Assembly: GCA_016839555.1 (NCBI GenBank)
Contig: JAEOUA010000002.1
Coordinates: forward strand, 26,369 to 90,368
DNA length: 64,000 nt
Source: Promethearchaeota archaeon
GTDB lineage: Archaea; Asgardarchaeota; Lokiarchaeia; Sigyniarchaeales; SOKP01
Direction of reading: 5' to 3'
Position 1 is the first letter of the stretch, and each line of letters begins with the position of its first letter. Shown piece by piece: positions 11,076 to 22,087 of this stretch. Under the pieces are notes generated by a model. That model was not told the DNA's origin, searched no databases, and saw nothing but the letters and a program-made list of their open reading frames with translations. The position numbers and the translations under genes are program-made.

Positions 11076-11464
11076 AAGCCTTGCACCTTTTTTATAATTT
11101 TATTTTATTATAGTGATCTTTATAATAAATTATTCTAATAGTTATAAAAATCTTATAATTTAGTAATAATAATGAACCACTATATTTATTCATATTTTAA
11201 TTTTAATCTCTTAATCTTTCTTTAAGAAAAAGCATTAAACAAATATAAAATTGAGAATATTTCTGTGTTACTATTCTCAAGGTTTCAAGATCTCTATTAT
11301 AATGGAAAATTGGTGAATAATATTCCTATTTTGGCTAAAAACTCTTATTTGGCAAATTCTATAGAGATTAAAGCTAATTTGATTATTAATAAACATTTCA
11401 TAAGGAATAAGAAACAATTAAATAATAAAAAAAAAGAATTTCAAAAAATTTGGACTTTAGATTT

Positions 11465-12865
11465 TTATGGTTTTATAATATCAGATTTACTTAAGGCCGT
11501 GATGGTTTTATCTTTAGGTTCTGGTACAAATAGGAGTGTAATAAATATTGCGATAAATGCGATTAAACTTATGCTCATTCCTGTTCCAAGAGCCGTCATA
11601 GAAACTAGCGGATTTAATAATCTCTCAGTTATGCTACCAAATGGATTTAGTGCGTCTGAAATTAATCCCACAAAAAAACCGCCAAATGAAGCCCCTCTTG
11701 CGATGGAAAAAATTATCGAATTTGCAGATGCTCTTAGTTCTGTATCGTATAATTCCGAAGACCATACTCCAAATATCCCGTGCAATCCAAATCCAAGTGC
11801 GATTATTATGCTTGTAATTAATAGTGCATTAGAGTTATAGGCAAAAAAGATAGTTATTGCAAAGATAACTCCACCGGTAATTCCAACGATATTATCTAAT
11901 CCAAATGCCCTCTTTCTTCCAATATAATCGCTTAAAAATCCAAAAAAGAACAATCCAATGGCCGCAATAACCATCACAACGAGCATATAAAGTAGAGAAG
12001 TTGTTTTAGCCGTAGTACCTCCTGTATATTGGAAGAAGTTTTGAAAAATTTGAGCGATAAATGTCTCTAAACGAGCTGTAGCCGAAGCAGAAATCTCATT
12101 ATAAGTAAAAAGATACTGAAAAAACTGAGGAGCGAGGTCAACCATAGCATGATACGCAGTTTCTGCGAAATAGAACAAAAGGGTTAATAATATGGTTAAT
12201 TTCACCCATTTTTTACTGAAAATCTCCTTCACTCGTAATTTATGCTTTTCCCCTTTCTTTTTTCGAATTTCCTCATATTCAGACCATACTTCAGATTCTG
12301 GCAAAGCAATCCAAAATAAGATTAAGAATGGAAATGGAAATAAAGCCGTTAGAAAGCACCATTGCCACCCTATGGGTCCTAATATCATTGTTATTACAAG
12401 AGCGCCAATATATCCCAAAATAAATGTTGAATGTACTAATCCCCCGGCAGCACCCCTCTTTTTGGGTGAAAAATATTCTGAGATAATAGAAAATGAGATC
12501 CCCCAGGAGACTCCAAGACCACTGCAAAGTCTTAACACGGCAAAAAGCCAAAACATATTTGCTGGTACTAGAGCAGTTAATGAGGAAAACACTGCATCCC
12601 ATGCGATTGACAAAATTAACGCCTTCTTCCGTCCAAAACGGTCGCCTAATTCTCCAAAAAGTACAGCACCCGGTACTGTAAACACAAATTGAAGCGAAAT
12701 TACTAATCCAATATGCGCGTCTGAAATTCCCACAAAATATGCCTGTAACTCAGTAGAGAGAGCGCTAATAAGAACCAGAGAATATCCATCGTGCATCCAC
12801 GCAATAAACGCAGCCAGTAAAATAACAACAGTTGTACCCAAAGCTCTTTTGCTTTCTTGTGCCAT
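11465..12865 (-). CDS. MFS transporter (aromatic acid/sugar porter-like)
   Basis: GELGDRFGRKK and SDYIGRKR motif A copies; SEYFSPKKRG; SELYDTELRA. Confidence 0.9.
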   Translation of the reverse strand: MAQESKRALGTTVVILLAAFIAWMHDGYSLVLISALSTELQAYFVGISDAHIGLVISLQFVFTVPGAVLFGELGDRFGRKKALILSIAWDAVFSSLTALVPANMFWLFAVLRLCSGLGVSWGISFSIISEYFSPKKRGAAGGLVHSTFILGYIGALVITMILGPIGWQWCFLTALFPFPFLILFWIALPESEVWSEYEEIRKKKGEKHKLRVKEIFSKKWVKLTILLTLLFYFAETAYHAMVDLAPQFFQYLFTYNEISASATARLETFIAQIFQNFFQYTGGTTAKTTSLLYMLVVMVIAAIGLFFFGFLSDYIGRKRAFGLDNIVGITGGVIFAITIFFAYNSNALLITSIIIALGFGLHGIFGVWSSELYDTELRASANSIIFSIARGASFGGFFVGLISDALNPFGSITERLLNPLVSMTALGTGMSISLIAFIAIFITLLFVPEPKDKTITALSKSDIIKP

Positions 12866-13202
12866 CTTAAAATCTCACCAATTTTTTTATTAGAAATTAA
12901 AAATTATAATTATTAATCTTATAAATTAATTTCTTATCAGAACATTATTGATTTTCTTACTATATAAGTGTATATTTTCTTTTTAAATGAGAAAAATTTC
13001 GAAAATAATAAATAATATATGTTCATTAAAAAAGCTTTATTTTTAGCTTCTTTCAATTATAAAAAAGGGAAAAAAAAATATCTTTTGATTTCTATATGGG
13101 TTTAAGAAATAGTAAAAAGTTTTAATTATTATTTTTTTTGAAACCAGCTGGTATCCATCCAGCATCCAGCTAAATAATATTGATTTTGTTTTTAAAAATT
13201 TT

Positions 13203-14744
13203 TTAAGTTCCAGCAATTCTTTTTGGAATCCTAGTCTGTGCTTTCAAGTTTTCATGAAATAGTTTGTTCAAAAGCTTAAACCTAATATTTTTGTAATCAG
13301 AATTAAACCAGAGATTATTTAATTCATTTGGATCATTTTTACGATCAAATAAATCTCCATAATTTTCTGTATTTTGTTCTTCATCCTCATATACAGTTAA
13401 TTTATAATCTTTCGTGATAAGATGGCGTAAGCGCACGTAGAGTGGTCCCTTAGGTCCTACTTCTTCATCATTTTCTATAAAACAACACTCTCTAATTTCT
13501 TTTTCAGGATTATCTAAGACTGGAGTAAAGTCAAATCCTTGCATATCTGGAGGATGATTTCGCTCTTTTATGCCAAGTAAATGAAGGATTGTTTTAGGCA
13601 AATCAATTGAACTAATTAATGCATCCGTTTCAGACGCTTTCTTAATATTGGGACCTCGGAATATAAGAGGCACTTGAAACACTCCATTGAACGGAGAGGG
13701 TCCTTTAAATAATAAACCATGCTCCCCCATGAGATCGCCATGATCGCTCGTATAAACTACAATGGTATTCTCATCATATCCTAATTTTTCTAAGGACGCT
13801 AAAATCTGTCCAATACTATGATCAATTAAAGCCAATGTACCATATGTCCATGCTATAAACTGCTTTGCTTCCTCTGCAGTAGTTTCTCTTAACATTGCTC
13901 CAGGAAAGACATTTATATAAGGGGCTAAAAAAGGGTGTTTCCGAAGATTTTCAATATCATTAAAATTTTCCGGCAAATTGACATCCTCAGGTTTATACAT
14001 ATCTCTGTATTTTCCAGGAGGACAAACTGGTTGATGGGGGTCTGGGAATGAACAATGCACATAGAAAGGTTTTTTACCGTATTCTCCTTTAGCATGACGT
14101 TCCAAAAATGCGATTGTACGTTCTTCCACATATGCTGTGGAATATAACTCAACTGGTAAATCATGTTCACAAAACACAGAGAAAAAATGATCAATATCCT
14201 CCCATCGTTTTCGCATTGATTTGGCTAAGTGGGGAGCTCTCTCTTCTAACCAATCTTGATAGTGTCCCGTTAAGCAAGGACCATGCCCAATAGCAGTTTC
14301 TACTTCTTGATACCCATAATAGGGAATAGGAAAGTTTTCTCTTACGGGGTACCATCCTTCTTTTGGAAAAACCCAATCTCCAAAACTCTCAGTAGATTTG
14401 TCTTGAATACGATATGGCGGAGTATTAAATTGATGGTGAAGTTTACCAAATGCAGCTGTGTGCCAACCTTTTTCTACTAATGTATCAAGAATTGTGGGTA
14501 TCTTTTCTGATAAAATCATTCCATTACTTCTGACTCCATGTACATTAGGATATAAGCCCGTAATCATTGTTGCTCGATTTGGCATACACATAGGATTAGT
14601 ACAAAATGCATTGGTAAATCGAACTCCTTGAGAAGCTAATTTATCCAGATTTGGAGTTTTAAGAACGGTATTTCCTGCACAGCTCATATGATCCGCACGA
14701 TGCTGATCAGTTATAATAAAGAGTACGTTTTTCTTTTTGCTCAT
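13203..14744 (-). CDS. Cys-type formylglycine sulfatase (arylsulfatase/choline-sulfatase-like)
   Basis: NVLFIITDQ, TPNLD, CMPNR (CxPxR), GKLH, DPH, SDHG. Confidence 0.92.
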   Translation of the reverse strand: MSKKKNVLFIITDQHRADHMSCAGNTVLKTPNLDKLASQGVRFTNAFCTNPMCMPNRATMITGLYPNVHGVRSNGMILSEKIPTILDTLVEKGWHTAAFGKLHHQFNTPPYRIQDKSTESFGDWVFPKEGWYPVRENFPIPYYGYQEVETAIGHGPCLTGHYQDWLEERAPHLAKSMRKRWEDIDHFFSVFCEHDLPVELYSTAYVEERTIAFLERHAKGEYGKKPFYVHCSFPDPHQPVCPPGKYRDMYKPEDVNLPENFNDIENLRKHPFLAPYINVFPGAMLRETTAEEAKQFIAWTYGTLALIDHSIGQILASLEKLGYDENTIVVYTSDHGDLMGEHGLLFKGPSPFNGVFQVPLIFRGPNIKKASETDALISSIDLPKTILHLLGIKERNHPPDMQGFDFTPVLDNPEKEIRECCFIENDEEVGPKGPLYVRLRHLITKDYKLTVYEDEEQNTENYGDLFDRKNDPNELNNLWFNSDYKNIRFKLLNKLFHENLKAQTRIPKRIAGT

Positions 14745-14974
14745 ATCAATTATATACCTACAAATTTCTTTATAAGATTTTATGAAGAATTGTTATTAAA
14801 TTAAGAGGTATAAGAATGATAATAATAAGAGGTTAACTACGTATAAATTAAACCCTAATAGATAATGAACAAGTATTAAAATATAAAAATATAAAAAAAT
14901 AAAAAAATAAAAAAGAACTAATGATAAAATCAAAAGGAATGAATTTGGACTTTTTAGTTCTTAATTCTTTATAT

Positions 14975-16444
14975 TTATTTAGCCAATGTTTTGGTCACTG
15001 GAGTACAACCTAATCTATCCTTAAATGTGCGCATGAAGTCCATATCAATCGGTTCATTCGCATCCTCCCAGCTCAACTTTAGTAATTCTTCTGCCTTATC
15101 TGGGGTTTCTGAAATGACATTCTGGGTTAATTTGGGATCTTTCTTGACATCATATAAACTGCCCCCTTCTGTGTCCCATATATATCCATTGTACCACCAA
15201 TCTCCATCGTATACCGCAACAGATCCTCCCCAAGCAACCGTCACGTGATCATAATATGTTAAATCATCATCCTGAACTAATTTAAACAAATCTTTACCAT
15301 CCATATCATTAGAAGGGACACCACAAGATTCACAGAGCGTTGCGGCAATATCATGATGATAACAGAACTTATCGCAAGTTTTACCACTATATTCACCACC
15401 AGGAAATCGGATCATTGCGACAAGATCAGCTACTTCCCTTCCTAATGGATTAGCTGCCTTTGCTATAAGACCATGTTCACCCAACATATGTCCATGATCG
15501 GAAACGACAACTATGATAGAATCGTCCCAGATCCCGATGCGTTTGATATAATCTATGAAATAGCCGAACCATGTGTCTACGAGCGTCACTTCCCCAGCAT
15601 ATCGAGTTCGTAGATTTTTAAGTTCTTGTTCAGAAATCATACTTGCTGGTCCATAAAGTGAATGGGTTATTCTTCGGCATCCCTTTTCCCAATCAGGATC
15701 TTTTTCATAAATTCGAATATAATGAAGTGGTGGATCCCATGGTTCATGTGGATCAAAAGATTCTACAGTAATAAAGCCTTTTCCTTTCATTAAAGCATTA
15801 TAATTCATTTCCAGCCATTCGCCAGCTGCGCGAAATACACGGGAAGGAAAAGTATCGGTTTCGGCCTGCCACCAATGTTTATTTTGAAGGAATTGGCGCA
15901 TCATTATCTGCGCAAAAAAGCTGCCTGCTGATCTTCCATCTTCTCTTGAAGTAAGGTATTTCTGTAGCGTTTCATCTGAGATCCGTGGTCCAGAAAGATA
16001 TGCATCTTCTTCCTGTCCACGTATCCATCTCCATTGAGAAAAGCCGCGCTGATAATTATATCCCGGCTTAAATTGATGATAAACATCCGAGAACAAAGCT
16101 GATACATATTTTTTCCGATTGAATCGTTCAGCAAGAGTATCATGGGAATCTGAAATATTACTCCACCCGGGAGCGCCAAGTGCATCACCAACATAGTCTC
16201 CCCGTCCAGTTCTGGTTTCACCAATCTTATCCTCCTTAAAAGGAAATACTCTTTTCCCAGTATAGATAGCCTTTCGTGCTGGGAGAGTCGGTAATGATTC
16301 AGGATACATTTTTGTGAATTTAACGGACTCTTGAGCAAATTTATCCAGATTTGGTGTTTTTATCCACTCATTGCCATATGCTCCGACATGATCTGACCTC
16401 AATGTATCAATTACAATTAGTATAGCATTAATTTTTTTTCTCAT
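14975..16444 (-). CDS. Sulfatase-like alkaline-phosphatase-superfamily hydrolase (Thr at the nucleophile position)
   Basis: DTLR, TPNLD, SLPTLPAR, FDPHEPWDPP, SDHG. Confidence 0.85.
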   Translation of the reverse strand: MRKKINAILIVIDTLRSDHVGAYGNEWIKTPNLDKFAQESVKFTKMYPESLPTLPARKAIYTGKRVFPFKEDKIGETRTGRGDYVGDALGAPGWSNISDSHDTLAERFNRKKYVSALFSDVYHQFKPGYNYQRGFSQWRWIRGQEEDAYLSGPRISDETLQKYLTSREDGRSAGSFFAQIMMRQFLQNKHWWQAETDTFPSRVFRAAGEWLEMNYNALMKGKGFITVESFDPHEPWDPPLHYIRIYEKDPDWEKGCRRITHSLYGPASMISEQELKNLRTRYAGEVTLVDTWFGYFIDYIKRIGIWDDSIIVVVSDHGHMLGEHGLIAKAANPLGREVADLVAMIRFPGGEYSGKTCDKFCYHHDIAATLCESCGVPSNDMDGKDLFKLVQDDDLTYYDHVTVAWGGSVAVYDGDWWYNGYIWDTEGGSLYDVKKDPKLTQNVISETPDKAEELLKLSWEDANEPIDMDFMRTFKDRLGCTPVTKTLAK

Positions 16445-16533
16445 TTAGATTTTATACCTATAGATTCATAATATTTAACATATATTCTTACAATATTCCT
16501 CTTCTTAATATAATTATTGTTATTAAAAAGAAC

Positions 16534-17400
16534 TTATTGTAATGGATATTGCGGTTCTCTCTTTTCAAAGAATGCTTGAACACCCTCCATAATATCGTCT
16601 GATGTTGAGCAGAGCATTTGGGTGCGATTTTCTAATTGAATCATTGTTTCTAAACTCGGAGAGTCCATAGATAAATTAATAGCTTCCTTCGTCATTCGAA
16701 GGCCTAAAGGGCTTTTACTGAGCATAACTTTTGCTAATTTTTCAGCACTTTCGAATAAATCATTTTCATTTCCTTTTACAACATCTGAGACCAACCCAAT
16801 TTTCTCAGCTTCTTCTGCATTAATAAATCTCCCTGTATATAAGATTTCAGCTGCTCTTGACATACCAATTAATCGAGGTAAATGATAACTACTAGCTAAA
16901 TCTGCTCCAGAGAATCCAACATTAATAAATGCGTTATTAAACCTAGCATTTTCTCCCGCAATACGTACATCTGCTGCAAGAGCAAAGGCAAAACCTGCTC
17001 CAGAAGCAGCTCCTTGTATTATTGCAATAATTGGTTGGCTTATTTTCCTCATTTTTACAATCAATTGGCTTGTTCTCCACTGTGCGTACATTTTTGCTTT
17101 AATAATATCTTTATCTGGAACATTTAGAAAATAAAAATTTTCTTTTAATGCTTCTGGTTTCTTCTTTGATTGAAGAATCATCGATTCTTTTAAATCCAAT
17201 CCAGCACAAAAGACTCTTCCTGAAGCTTTTAAAATCAATACCCTACAATTTAAATTTACAATTAACTCATCTAATAATTCATGCAATTCTTTTATCATCT
17301 GGAATGACATCGCGTTTAATTTATCTGGTCTATTAAGTGTTAAAACACCTATTCCATTTGGCTTTAATTCAAATTTTATTGTTTTGAATTCGGTATTCAA
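16534..17400 (-). CDS. Enoyl-CoA hydratase/isomerase (crotonase family)
   Basis: LNRPDKLNAM, FCAGLDL, GAGFAFALAADVR, AFFEKREP. Confidence 0.92.
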   Translation of the reverse strand: MNTEFKTIKFELKPNGIGVLTLNRPDKLNAMSFQMIKELHELLDELIVNLNCRVLILKASGRVFCAGLDLKESMILQSKKKPEALKENFYFLNVPDKDIIKAKMYAQWRTSQLIVKMRKISQPIIAIIQGAASGAGFAFALAADVRIAGENARFNNAFINVGFSGADLASSYHLPRLIGMSRAAEILYTGRFINAEEAEKIGLVSDVVKGNENDLFESAEKLAKVMLSKSPLGLRMTKEAINLSMDSPSLETMIQLENRTQMLCSTSDDIMEGVQAFFEKREPQYPLQ

Positions 17401-17515
17401 ATTCGACCACCTTTTATGGTTTAAAAATAATATTAATTTTTAAGAATGTATTTATTAATTTTTTCAAATTTAAAAAGGCAATAATAAAAGAAATTTTATA
17501 CTAAATTAATAAGAA

Positions 17516-18796
17516 TTAAATCCCTTTAGTTAATCCAAAAATTAGCTTATCCCTACTGATATATACTATAATAAAAGCAATCACTTCATTTAATACGAGC
17601 GCTACTAAAGAAAGTATCAATATAAAGAGATTAAAGTTTAGGCTTAAATGATAAAGACCTCTTAAAACATATGTTATAAAAAATGAGATAATTAACAAAT
17701 TTAATTTATTCATTACCTTTTTCTCTTCTTTATTATTTTCGGATTCCTTTATAATATTAGTCAAACATATTCCACTGAGATAAAGGAAAAAAGGAAAAAA
17801 TGGTAGAATCAATCGGGGATCACCAGGAATCGCCATAAAAATACTTAAATATAAAAAATTTATTCCCACCACGATAAAAATGAAAAAGATTTGTGTTTTT
17901 TTTATATTTTTAATCAATAAATAAACACCCATTAAAGTTAAACATATTCCAAGCAGAATAAATAAATGAAAGAATTCATATGGAATACCAAAAATAAGAC
18001 CAGAAAATATCGCATTAATTATTCCTTCAATAGTAAACAAAGTAATATTATATATGAAATCAAAAGCTAATGCGTGATAATGGAAATTATAGAACGGATC
18101 ACCAACTTTATATTCAAAATATAATGCCCAAATAAAAAATGTGCATAAAAAAGAAATTAATATTATCGCAAGTTTAATAATAGATGCTTTTTCAATCTTT
18201 ATAAACCTTAAATAAGGAATTAGGGAAAAAAATAATATACCCACAACAATAAAAAGCCCAAAAGTTAAATGAGTTAATGTTAAAGCTAAAACAGATAAAG
18301 ATAAGTAAATATTGTTTTTTAAGGATTTCTCTTCTTTGATTACGGTAAAATAAAAAATTAAAAGGCATAATAAAGAAATAAGTTCTTCTCTCAATCCTGT
18401 TCCATTATTATACACCAAATAGAAATTCAAAGCCACTAAAAAACTAGTTATTAAGCCCGCCAATTTGGCATGTTTTAGTTGATATTTCTCATTTTGAAAT
18501 AATTTTAATGAGGCTTTGGTAAAAATTAAATAAGAATATATTATTAGTAATATACCTGCGATTAATGAAGTTAAATTAATTGCTAGACCATTATTTCCCG
18601 TTATTAATAGAATTATTAATATAAATAAAGGAAATAATGGTGGCCTATAAGAAGCATAATTCAAAAATTCGCGAGTTGAAAGAACATAAATATCAGCATC
18701 AGGATTTAAAGGTACAATTATAGTCGAAATAAATCTTGCTATGCTACCAATTAATAAAACAATTAAAAAAAGATAATCATATTTCGATAAATTCAT
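17516..18796 (-). CDS. Polytopic membrane protein, probable GT-C glycosyltransferase (ArnT/PMT-like)
   Basis: First-loop PDADIY, YRPPLFP, LREE, late PRLILP; many TM helices. Confidence 0.65.
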   Translation of the reverse strand: MNLSKYDYLFLIVLLIGSIARFISTIIVPLNPDADIYVLSTREFLNYASYRPPLFPLFILIILLITGNNGLAINLTSLIAGILLIIYSYLIFTKASLKLFQNEKYQLKHAKLAGLITSFLVALNFYLVYNNGTGLREELISLLCLLIFYFTVIKEEKSLKNNIYLSLSVLALTLTHLTFGLFIVVGILFFSLIPYLRFIKIEKASIIKLAIILISFLCTFFIWALYFEYKVGDPFYNFHYHALAFDFIYNITLFTIEGIINAIFSGLIFGIPYEFFHLFILLGICLTLMGVYLLIKNIKKTQIFFIFIVVGINFLYLSIFMAIPGDPRLILPFFPFFLYLSGICLTNIIKESENNKEEKKVMNKLNLLIISFFITYVLRGLYHLSLNFNLFILILSLVALVLNEVIAFIIVYISRDKLIFGLTKGI

Positions 18797-18972
18797 TTTT
18801 AAAGAATTTTCAATTGTAATTTATAATATGGTAATATAATAATATTTAATAATTATTTTTAAGTAAATAATTCACTTCTAATAAATTGTAGTTATAAATG
18901 AGAAATTTTTTTATAATATTACTATTTGCATCGCATAATTTTAAGGAAATAAAAAGTTGAGAGTGAGTTAAA

Positions 18973-20349
18973 ATTAGGTTTAATATTCAAAATTTTTTAA
19001 AAAGAAATGTAAAACCAGCAACAGGATGCACTGAACCGAGTGCTATAGCATATGCCACTTCCATTGCGTATAATGCATTATTTAATAAATCTATCAATTA
19101 TAAAAACGATATTCTGATTTTTTCTAATAAATCTGAGAAATTTTCATTAGAAAACTTGCAGCAAATTCAAATAGAATCAGATAGAGATGTTTATAAAAAT
19201 GCTTTTGCTGTTACAATTCCTGGGACAGATGGACAAAAAGGTATGGAAATCGCAGCAGCAATAGGGTTCTACTGCAATCCGAATAAAAAATTAAATTTAT
19301 TTAAAGATATAAACATGAACATAGTTAAGAAAGCTAATGAAATTCTAGATTCTGGCAAAATAGTAATAAATTATTTGAAAAAACAGAAGAAAAAGCCACA
19401 GCTAGATATTCAAGTTACACTTAAATATAAAATCAAAGATAAATTTCATATTTCTTATGTAAGATTACAAGATGAGCACGATAATATTACATTAATTCAA
19501 GTTAATGATGAAAAATTATATGAGGGATCAAGAAGGCTCGAAGCATTCGAAAGGGAAGAATTTCCTGAAACTATAGAGGAGATGATTAAAATCGTTAAAT
19601 CGATGTCATTAACAGAAAAAGAACTAGTTTATGAAGGAATTCTTATGAATAAAGCTGTTGCAGAAGAGGGATTGAAAGAAGATTATGGGCAAAACATAGG
19701 AAAAGCTTTACATATTATGGCAAAAACATATGGAATTGAACATTCTCTTATTATGCAAGGGAGAATTAAAGCGGCGGCCGCAGCAGATGCACGAATGGGA
19801 GGATGTAACTTACCAGTGATGAGTACTTCTGGATCTGGAAATCAAGGAATTACCGCATTAGTTCCAATATCAGTAATTGGAGAATTAAAAGAAGCAAGTT
19901 ATGATAAAATTTGTGAAGCGGCTCTTCTTTCTCATTTAATCACAAAAATGACCCATCTATATTCAACTCACTTGTCTGCCCTATGCGGATGCGCAATCAA
20001 GGCAGGTATCGGAGCAACTGCTGGGATAACTTATCTTCTTAATGGTTCTTTGGAACAAATTCACAACGCAATCAATCTACTTGCTGCTAATATTACGGGT
20101 ATAATCTGCGATGGAGCAAAAGCAGGTTGTGCGCTAAAACTTTCTACTGCTGCAGGAGTTGCCCTCGAATCTGCATTAATGGCCCTAGAAGGAATCAAGA
20201 TCCCCTCTGATAATGGAATTATATTTCCAAGGGCAGAAGATACCATTAAAGCCATTGGAAAGATTAGCGATTCAATGGTAGAAACGGATTATGTTATTCT
20301 TGAAATAATTCAGCAAAAAGCAATGAAAAATAGAAAATATATATCATAA
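18973..20349 (+). CDS. L-cysteine desulfidase / YhaM (UPF0597) family Fe-S lyase; start lies upstream of the ORF-track call at 19156
   Basis: In-frame upstream PATGCTEPSAIAYA motif; GSGNQG, LSALCGC, ICDGAKAGCALK. Confidence 0.88.
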   Translation: MRFNIQNFLKRNVKPATGCTEPSAIAYATSIAYNALFNKSINYKNDILIFSNKSEKFSLENLQQIQIESDRDVYKNAFAVTIPGTDGQKGMEIAAAIGFYCNPNKKLNLFKDINMNIVKKANEILDSGKIVINYLKKQKKKPQLDIQVTLKYKIKDKFHISYVRLQDEHDNITLIQVNDEKLYEGSRRLEAFEREEFPETIEEMIKIVKSMSLTEKELVYEGILMNKAVAEEGLKEDYGQNIGKALHIMAKTYGIEHSLIMQGRIKAAAAADARMGGCNLPVMSTSGSGNQGITALVPISVIGELKEASYDKICEAALLSHLITKMTHLYSTHLSALCGCAIKAGIGATAGITYLLNGSLEQIHNAINLLAANITGIICDGAKAGCALKLSTAAGVALESALMALEGIKIPSDNGIIFPRAEDTIKAIGKISDSMVETDYVILEIIQQKAMKNRKYIS

Positions 20350-20351
20350 AT

Positions 20352-20903
20352 CTAACTAAATTGTTGAATTTCTTCAGCAAAAATGTACCAGAATAAGCCA
20401 ATTACGCAATATGCGTTAGAAATTTTTCCCATTTTTAAATACTTTTTAACTTGAGAAAGAGATGCAAATTCTATTTCAATAATCTCATTTGGATCAAACT
20501 TAGGAGTTCCTTTTTCTGAAAGATCTGCTAAAAACGTATAAACTTGATTAGTCATGAAAGCAGGATTAGCATAAACACACCCAATCTGCTGAATTTTTTT
20601 AGTTTTATATCCCGTCTCTTCTTTTAACTCTCGCACAGCAGCTTCTTTAAGTGTCTCACCTTGTTCCACAATTCCTCCAGGGATTTCTAATTCTATTTTA
20701 TTATTTCCAAAACGAAATTGCTTAATTAGTAAGATTTGGTTATCCTTATTGATTCCCACTATATTAACCCAATCGGACAACTCAAGGATATTTGCTTTAA
20801 ATTCTTTTTTTGTATCTGGTCTTTGATAAGTTTTTCTTACTATATTAAAAATATTCAAAGACAATAATTCTTCAGATTTTATATTTTTCCATTTATCTAT
20901 CAT
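20352..20903 (-). CDS. NUDIX hydrolase (ADP-ribose pyrophosphatase-like)
   Basis: Intact Nudix box GGIVEQGETLKEAAVRELKEETGY; QFR and NP motifs. Confidence 0.9.
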   Translation of the reverse strand: MIDKWKNIKSEELLSLNIFNIVRKTYQRPDTKKEFKANILELSDWVNIVGINKDNQILLIKQFRFGNNKIELEIPGGIVEQGETLKEAAVRELKEETGYKTKKIQQIGCVYANPAFMTNQVYTFLADLSEKGTPKFDPNEIIEIEFASLSQVKKYLKMGKISNAYCVIGLFWYIFAEEIQQFS

Positions 20904-20961
20904 AATTATTAAATAATTGGTTTTACTCTAATTATATATAAATTTTCAAAGGATTTCCTTT

Positions 20962-21351
20962 TTACTCTCTTTTTATACTTATAAGATTAAGGTTTTTCAT
21001 TAAGATAAGAACAAATACTGACCACAAAATATCATAAATCATTATTGGAAGGAGTATAATCAAAAATTCCGGATAAGTTGGCAATTGGATTATAGAACAT
21101 ATAATCATAATTATCCTAAGCAAAATATTAACTAAGGGAATTATCCGATATGCTAACATATTTTTAGAAGAAACAATCAGTAATATTCCAAATCCTATTA
21201 AAAAAGTTCCTGCCATCTGGTTAAAGACTGGAATCAAAACTATTCCAATTTCCATAAAAAATAGGTGAATCAATAAGAAAAAAGCTCCAATTAAAATCTC
21301 AACTATTCCGCCTAGAATTAATAAGCATTTTAAGAGCTTTTTAAGATTCAT
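20962..21351 (-). CDS. Hypothetical 4-TM membrane protein
   Basis: Four hydrophobic segments; collinear with neighbours. Confidence 0.65.
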   Translation of the reverse strand: MNLKKLLKCLLILGGIVEILIGAFFLLIHLFFMEIGIVLIPVFNQMAGTFLIGFGILLIVSSKNMLAYRIIPLVNILLRIIMIICSIIQLPTYPEFLIILLPIMIYDILWSVFVLILMKNLNLISIKRE

Positions 21352-21423
21352 AGTTAAAATAAAAAAATAATGAAAGAAATTAAAACTTTAATTTTCAATT
21401 TAGGAATTTTTTACTAGTATCTT

Positions 21424-21999
21424 TTAGGCATTTATTTTTTTAAGCACATACGCAAAATTTTGTCCAAGAGTTTTAAAGGTTTGAATTCCCTCTTCATCAT
21501 TCAGAACTTCTCCCGGTTGTTTCCCATATCCTAAATTCCAATAACTAGAGCCCACTACAATCATCTGAGAGATTAAAAAGAAATAATTGATTGAAGAAAA
21601 TACGTGAGCGCCCCCGCCTCTCCTCACTGCTATCACTCCGGCCCCAACCTTTCTTTTTAATAAATTTCCACTCGCTCCACACACTTCTCCTGCCCTTTCT
21701 ATTAAAGCCTTCATATTTGCCGTAACATTGGCATAATAGGTTGGAGATCCTAAGATTATCCCATCAGCATCGATCATTTTCTTAATATATTCATTCATTT
21801 TATCCCCTGTTAGAACACATTTACCATCTTTATTCTCCGCACAACTGCCACATGCCGTGCAACCTTCTAAATTTTCTCCCCCAATCCATATATATTCACA
21901 TTCTATTCCTTCTTTTGTTAACTCATTAATTATGATATTAAGACAATTGTATGTATTACCTTCTTTTCTAGGACTACTATTGAACAAAACAACTTTCAT
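21424..21999 (-). CDS. Iron-sulfur flavoprotein (Isf/flavodoxin family)
   Basis: SPRKEGNT, CxxCxxCx7C cluster motif, GSPTY, RRGG. Confidence 0.9.
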   Translation of the reverse strand: MKVVLFNSSPRKEGNTYNCLNIIINELTKEGIECEYIWIGGENLEGCTACGSCAENKDGKCVLTGDKMNEYIKKMIDADGIILGSPTYYANVTANMKALIERAGEVCGASGNLLKRKVGAGVIAVRRGGGAHVFSSINYFFLISQMIVVGSSYWNLGYGKQPGEVLNDEEGIQTFKTLGQNFAYVLKKINA

Positions 22000-22087
22000 T
22001 ATACTTATCCTTATTCTAATTTAATTTATTTTTCTTTTAGAAATTAAAATAAATTAATATAATTAATTATACAATCATAATAAAAAT

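Noticed and set aside
13144-13171. Short CATCCAG tandem repeat downstream of the sulfatase
   Set aside because: Only 2-3 imperfect units with no other copies noticed; no function can be supported
18958-18966. Selenocysteine read-through of the TGA codons upstream of yhaM
   Set aside because: The upstream frame is not protein-like and the TGAs do not align with any conserved Cys
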